A stretch of 19,069 nucleotides of DNA from Candidatus Micrarchaeia archaeon (GTDB lineage: Archaea; Micrarchaeota; Micrarchaeia; CAILAH01). Shown one piece after another: positions 15,553 to 19,069 of this stretch; within the stretch, counting starts at the first letter, position 1; each line of letters opens with the position of its first letter. The notes under the pieces are model-generated. The model worked only from the letters and a program-made list of their open reading frames with translations, was not told the DNA's origin and did not search any database. Position numbers and translations under genes: made by a program. The stretch covers positions 1 through 19,069 of the forward strand of contig JAVYLZ010000009.1 of NCBI GenBank assembly GCA_038740245.1, in the 5' to 3' direction.

Positions 15553-17571
15553 CTAGCCGAGATACACCTGGCAAAGGCCAACGAGTGCGCTCGGGCAATG
15601 TGTTGTGTACTTTGTGCCCGCCTTGTCCTCATACTCAACCTTGAACCCGGCAATCCTCGTGTAATCGTTTTCCTCGTCAACAGCATACGTACACTCAAAT
15701 ATAGTGTCATCCACAGTTTTGTAGCCCGCACCGGTGCCGCAGTCGTAGTAATACCTTATGCTTTCATACGGTCCAGTGTTCTCAAGCTGTGCCTCAAACC
15801 TGTATTTTTCTGTGCCCGGCACAATCTCAAGCACGTCGTAGTTGAGCGCGGTGCACTCAAGCGGCGGTATCACCGTATTAACGGGCGTGACACCCTCACC
15901 TGGTGTTTCCAGAGGCCCGAGCTTTGCCAGTACCGTGGCGCGTATGTCCGCAATATCGTTCACTCCAATCTTGCAGTCATCCTTCAGCATAAGGCTCTTG
16001 AACTCATAATTGCCGTCCCCCTTGGTAACATAAACGCCAGGCATATTGGATACGCAATCGCTTGAACACATATATTGGGGAGTATATGGCGGGAACGGGC
16101 TTGTGATGGTCCTGCACACCTGGACATCAGTTAATGTAACGTTCGGGCAGGGGTAGTTTGAGTTGCAGAACGCAACCGGCCCGTTAGTGCTCGTGTTTAT
16201 CAGCGATACAGTCCCATATACGCGTATCCCCTTCTCGTTGACATCCTCAAAGTTGTTGTAGTTAACAGTAGGCGGCTCCGCATTAATGCTTACCCCAAGA
16301 GCCAGCCCATCGTATGGGTTGGTCGGCTCATCACCCTTAATCACGGTGAACGGCACATAGATTGTACTTTCATTGTCAAACCCGTTGCCGCACACCGCTT
16401 TACTGTAATTCTTGTATTTGTATGTAATCTCAAACTTGTGGTCATTCACATCGGCCGAGCCGATGGGCGCAAACGCCGTTATGGTTATGTTGAATTCCTT
16501 GGTCTCTTCCGGCTTTATAACGCCCTGCGGATCGGAATATAGGACCTTTAGGGTGGGGTTAGGTGCAACCTCAAAGCTCTTTATCTGCACAGGTTTTGAT
16601 GATGTGTCCTTGCCCACGCCTATCTCATAAACATAAATCTTGGTTTCCGTGCTTGGGTTTTTTATACGCAGTTTCACTGTAATGGTGTCCGTTTGGTTAT
16701 CAATAAGGGTGTCCGGGAATAAGAAAAAGCCGCTGCCCTGCAGTGCAACCGACCCGGTAACCCCAGGCGCAACCTCGCCGGTTATCGCAGTGAACGTTAT
16801 CTCCTTGCTTACAGGTGCAGGGTATGAGCCGCTGACAAGCTTGAAAAATGGGTGCACATATGTATTGCCAACGTTTGTCTCCTCAATGAATAATGCGCCG
16901 CACCTGCTGATTGAGGCATCAACCTTGAGCGTGTGCTGGCCGGCACTATCTATTTCAACATTTTGCACAGCGTTTATCCCGCTTAGCCCGCCGCTTTTCA
17001 CTGGTTCCCCGTCAAGCGTGAGCGTGTAAGTGCCGTCGCACACCATCCCACCGCGGGATTTTGCATATTCAACAGTCACACGTTTATCCGGGGGCGGAGG
17101 CTGGCTGTTTATGTTAAGGAAGAGCAAATATGCTGAACCGATGTCCTTTGCAATAGCCGGTTCTTGCTTGCAGGTAGGCGGATAAGTGTATGTTGAATAA
17201 AGCTGCGAAGTTGTAATCTTACAGTCAAAATACTCATTTCCGCCAAGCGTGGCCAAGCCCTTAATGCCATTGTCACCAACAATGCTGTATCTTGCAGGGA
17301 TACAGTTTATAGTTTGGTGACCTTCCCCAAATTCGTACTCATTGCAGAATGTTGCCACCTTTGAGTCGTGGGTAATTGCATAGTCATAAAGTGTGCTTAG
17401 GTCATCCCCAACACAGATGGCGGTTCCCGACTGGGCAGTGCTTATAAGTGAGGGGGAGAGGCTTGAAGACCATCTGGTGTATGCATTCTCCTCGCCCTGG
17501 ACAGTATAATCCACAGCGCAAAGTGTGTTTGCAAGCACAAGCGCGAGCAATGCCAGCACATACATTCTCAT
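15553..17571 (-). CDS. Secreted Cys-rich multi-Ig-like surface (glyco)protein, hypothetical
   Basis: Signal peptide MRMYVLALLALVLANTLCA; beta-rich T/V/Y/G/N composition; 20 Cys; sequons NQT, NIT, NYS, NES, NTS, NVT; Ig-like segment (ITVKLRIKNP..IKPEETKEFNITI) and PKD-like tail (YYYDCGTG...CTY); no C-terminal TM; GAGGT RBS. Confidence 0.8.
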   Translation of the reverse strand: MRMYVLALLALVLANTLCAVDYTVQGEENAYTRWSSSLSPSLISTAQSGTAICVGDDLSTLYDYAITHDSKVATFCNEYEFGEGHQTINCIPARYSIVGDNGIKGLATLGGNEYFDCKITTSQLYSTYTYPPTCKQEPAIAKDIGSAYLLFLNINSQPPPPDKRVTVEYAKSRGGMVCDGTYTLTLDGEPVKSGGLSGINAVQNVEIDSAGQHTLKVDASISRCGALFIEETNVGNTYVHPFFKLVSGSYPAPVSKEITFTAITGEVAPGVTGSVALQGSGFFLFPDTLIDNQTDTITVKLRIKNPSTETKIYVYEIGVGKDTSSKPVQIKSFEVAPNPTLKVLYSDPQGVIKPEETKEFNITITAFAPIGSADVNDHKFEITYKYKNYSKAVCGNGFDNESTIYVPFTVIKGDEPTNPYDGLALGVSINAEPPTVNYNNFEDVNEKGIRVYGTVSLINTSTNGPVAFCNSNYPCPNVTLTDVQVCRTITSPFPPYTPQYMCSSDCVSNMPGVYVTKGDGNYEFKSLMLKDDCKIGVNDIADIRATVLAKLGPLETPGEGVTPVNTVIPPLECTALNYDVLEIVPGTEKYRFEAQLENTGPYESIRYYYDCGTGAGYKTVDDTIFECTYAVDEENDYTRIAGFKVEYEDKAGTKYTTHCPSALVGLCQVYLG

Positions 17572-17577
17572 ATCTCA

Positions 17578-19068
17578 TTACCTCGTGTGTGGAACCGCAC
17601 CATACCCCCCTATTGTTACGGTTATTGAGCCGATGCCTAACTGATTCTCAGGCAGCTTGAACTTAAGCCCAATATTGCCGCCTACAGTGGTTTCCTTGAG
17701 TAGCTTCCCATCCACCATCCCCTGAATAAACTCTGGGCGCAAATAGAGGTCCACTGTCTTGTTGATTTCCCATACAAGCTCGGTAAATGCCCCAAAATCG
17801 TGCCGAAGGGCCGCTTTCTGGTGTCTGAGCAGAATACCATACATCTGCTCAAGGTTGAACTCAGTAACCCTATAAGTAAAGCCCCCGCCAAGTTTCACGC
17901 CTTCTCTTGTAAATGAATACGCAGCATACGGTTCAGTGCTGAAAGTGAGTATGGAGGGCTTAAGCTTTCCTCCACTAATATTGGTCGCCTTGTTAAGGAC
18001 AGCAAGCGAGTTTCTCAACCCTACAATGCTGCCGCCTGCAAATTCCTTTGCGATGTTCGTATAAATCTCCCCAGAAACCGCAAGGTCCTCACTATTGTAT
18101 GTCCCAGATGCAACAACAGCAATTTTTGCATCAAACCGCCAGCCCTCATCACTCCTGTAGCCAAGCACGCCCCCGATCGCTCCCCTATAAACCATGAGCT
18201 CACTTGTGCCTTTCTTAAGCTTTTCCAAGTCTTCTTCCTTAATGCCGCCAGGCGGGAACTGCACCGCGGTTGTATATTCAAAGGCCATACCCATTACGAA
18301 TTTGCCCAACTCCTTGCTCCATCCAAATTCTATGGTGCTGAATGCATAGTTTGGGTTGTACCGAGGCACATTTTCGCGTATCGCAATTATTGCATCTGCA
18401 AACGCATTAAGTGCATTTAGTTGATTGTCAGTTAAACCACCAGATTTTCCTTGATTTCGCGCTTCACCAATCTGCTGCTTGGCGAGCTCAGGATACTTGG
18501 CTATAAAGTCCTTTATCGCATTTGCATCAGCCGGAACTGTGCTCCCATCCGGATACTTGAATATTGGGTTTTGTACGTATGCATCCATTACATCAGAGAG
18601 CTTAGAGCTCTCCATTGCCCTTACAAGGTCGCCTGCGCGTGCCCACGTGTTGTTATTTTCGTCAGTCCTAACGTTTTCAAACAAGCCATAGGTTCCTCCT
18701 ATTGGTATCCAGGGCTCCATTGCAAGACCCAAATTAGGCGGTGAAAACGGTGAGAACCTGCTATCACTGGGCCTTACCCTCTCAACAGCGGGCGGAAGTG
18801 TATGCTCATCACCAAGGCCGCCGCGATACTTTTCCAAAATTGCGCTGTATATCGTGTGCAGCGAGCCTATAAGCCGGCCAACTTCCTCTTCAGCCTTGTA
18901 TTCGGTGATTTGCGAGGCGCCTGTGCCCTCAGGTCTCTCTTCAAGGCAATCTGCAACTCTCATAAGCCGAAGGTATGAGATTATAACCAGGTTTTTTATG
19001 GCCTGAAGCTTGGTATCCTCGCTCCACATCCTGTTCTTGACTGCGACAACATTGGCAATCTCCCCGCT
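17578..19068 (-). CDS. Hypothetical protein (5' end beyond the window) with helical region and C-terminal putative transmembrane beta-barrel
   Basis: The frame remains open upstream of the track's ATG at 19029 (SGEIANVVAVKNR-M) to the window edge. The last ~256 aa are a series of alternating-polarity, Gly/aromatic-rich strands. Ends TAA TGA. Confidence 0.75.
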   Translation of the reverse strand, partial: SGEIANVVAVKNRMWSEDTKLQAIKNLVIISYLRLMRVADCLEERPEGTGASQITEYKAEEEVGRLIGSLHTIYSAILEKYRGGLGDEHTLPPAVERVRPSDSRFSPFSPPNLGLAMEPWIPIGGTYGLFENVRTDENNNTWARAGDLVRAMESSKLSDVMDAYVQNPIFKYPDGSTVPADANAIKDFIAKYPELAKQQIGEARNQGKSGGLTDNQLNALNAFADAIIAIRENVPRYNPNYAFSTIEFGWSKELGKFVMGMAFEYTTAVQFPPGGIKEEDLEKLKKGTSELMVYRGAIGGVLGYRSDEGWRFDAKIAVVASGTYNSEDLAVSGEIYTNIAKEFAGGSIVGLRNSLAVLNKATNISGGKLKPSILTFSTEPYAAYSFTREGVKLGGGFTYRVTEFNLEQMYGILLRHQKAALRHDFGAFTELVWEINKTVDLYLRPEFIQGMVDGKLLKETTVGGNIGLKFKLPENQLGIGSITVTIGGYGAVPHTR

Positions 19069-19069
19069 A

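Noticed and set aside
17572..17580. Barrel gene and 672-aa gene are in the same frame (TAA TGA GAT ATG), suggesting readthrough or a split gene
   Set aside because: Two tandem stops, a GAGGT RBS and a fresh signal peptide on the downstream gene indicate separate proteins; TAA, TGA and TAG all end conserved genes here, so no recoding.

Overview
Archaeal chromosomal window (rps8e, carS, NMD3, UPF0200, DUF2666, GGTGA-type RBSs, TATA boxes). The gene complement and the style of the secretion-ATPase locus suggest a DPANN archaeon, probably Micrarchaeota (inference, not verified). Housekeeping core: carS-UPF0200-DUF2666 (minus), sppA (plus), rps8e (minus), class II HMG-CoA reductase and nmd3 (plus). 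Interleaved with it are uncharacterised envelope/secretion-looking genes: (i) a giant, >=1558-codon signal-peptide + single-TM + helical/coiled-coil gene at 4674->1, absent from the ORF track because it runs off the left edge; (ii) a 796-aa protein with six winged-helix-like repeats and a very acidic linker, divergent from (iii) a wHTH-coiled-coil gene, a TadA/CpaF/VirB11-type ATPase with no adjacent TadC/pilin, and a 65-aa ORF; (iv) a Cys-rich secreted 672-aa protein; and (v) a 5'-truncated gene whose C-terminal ~256 aa read like a ~12-stranded amphipathic transmembrane beta-barrel, which is unexpected in an archaeon. No tRNA, rRNA, CRISPR array or mobile element was seen. TCGA (and GATC, CTAG) is strongly depleted.
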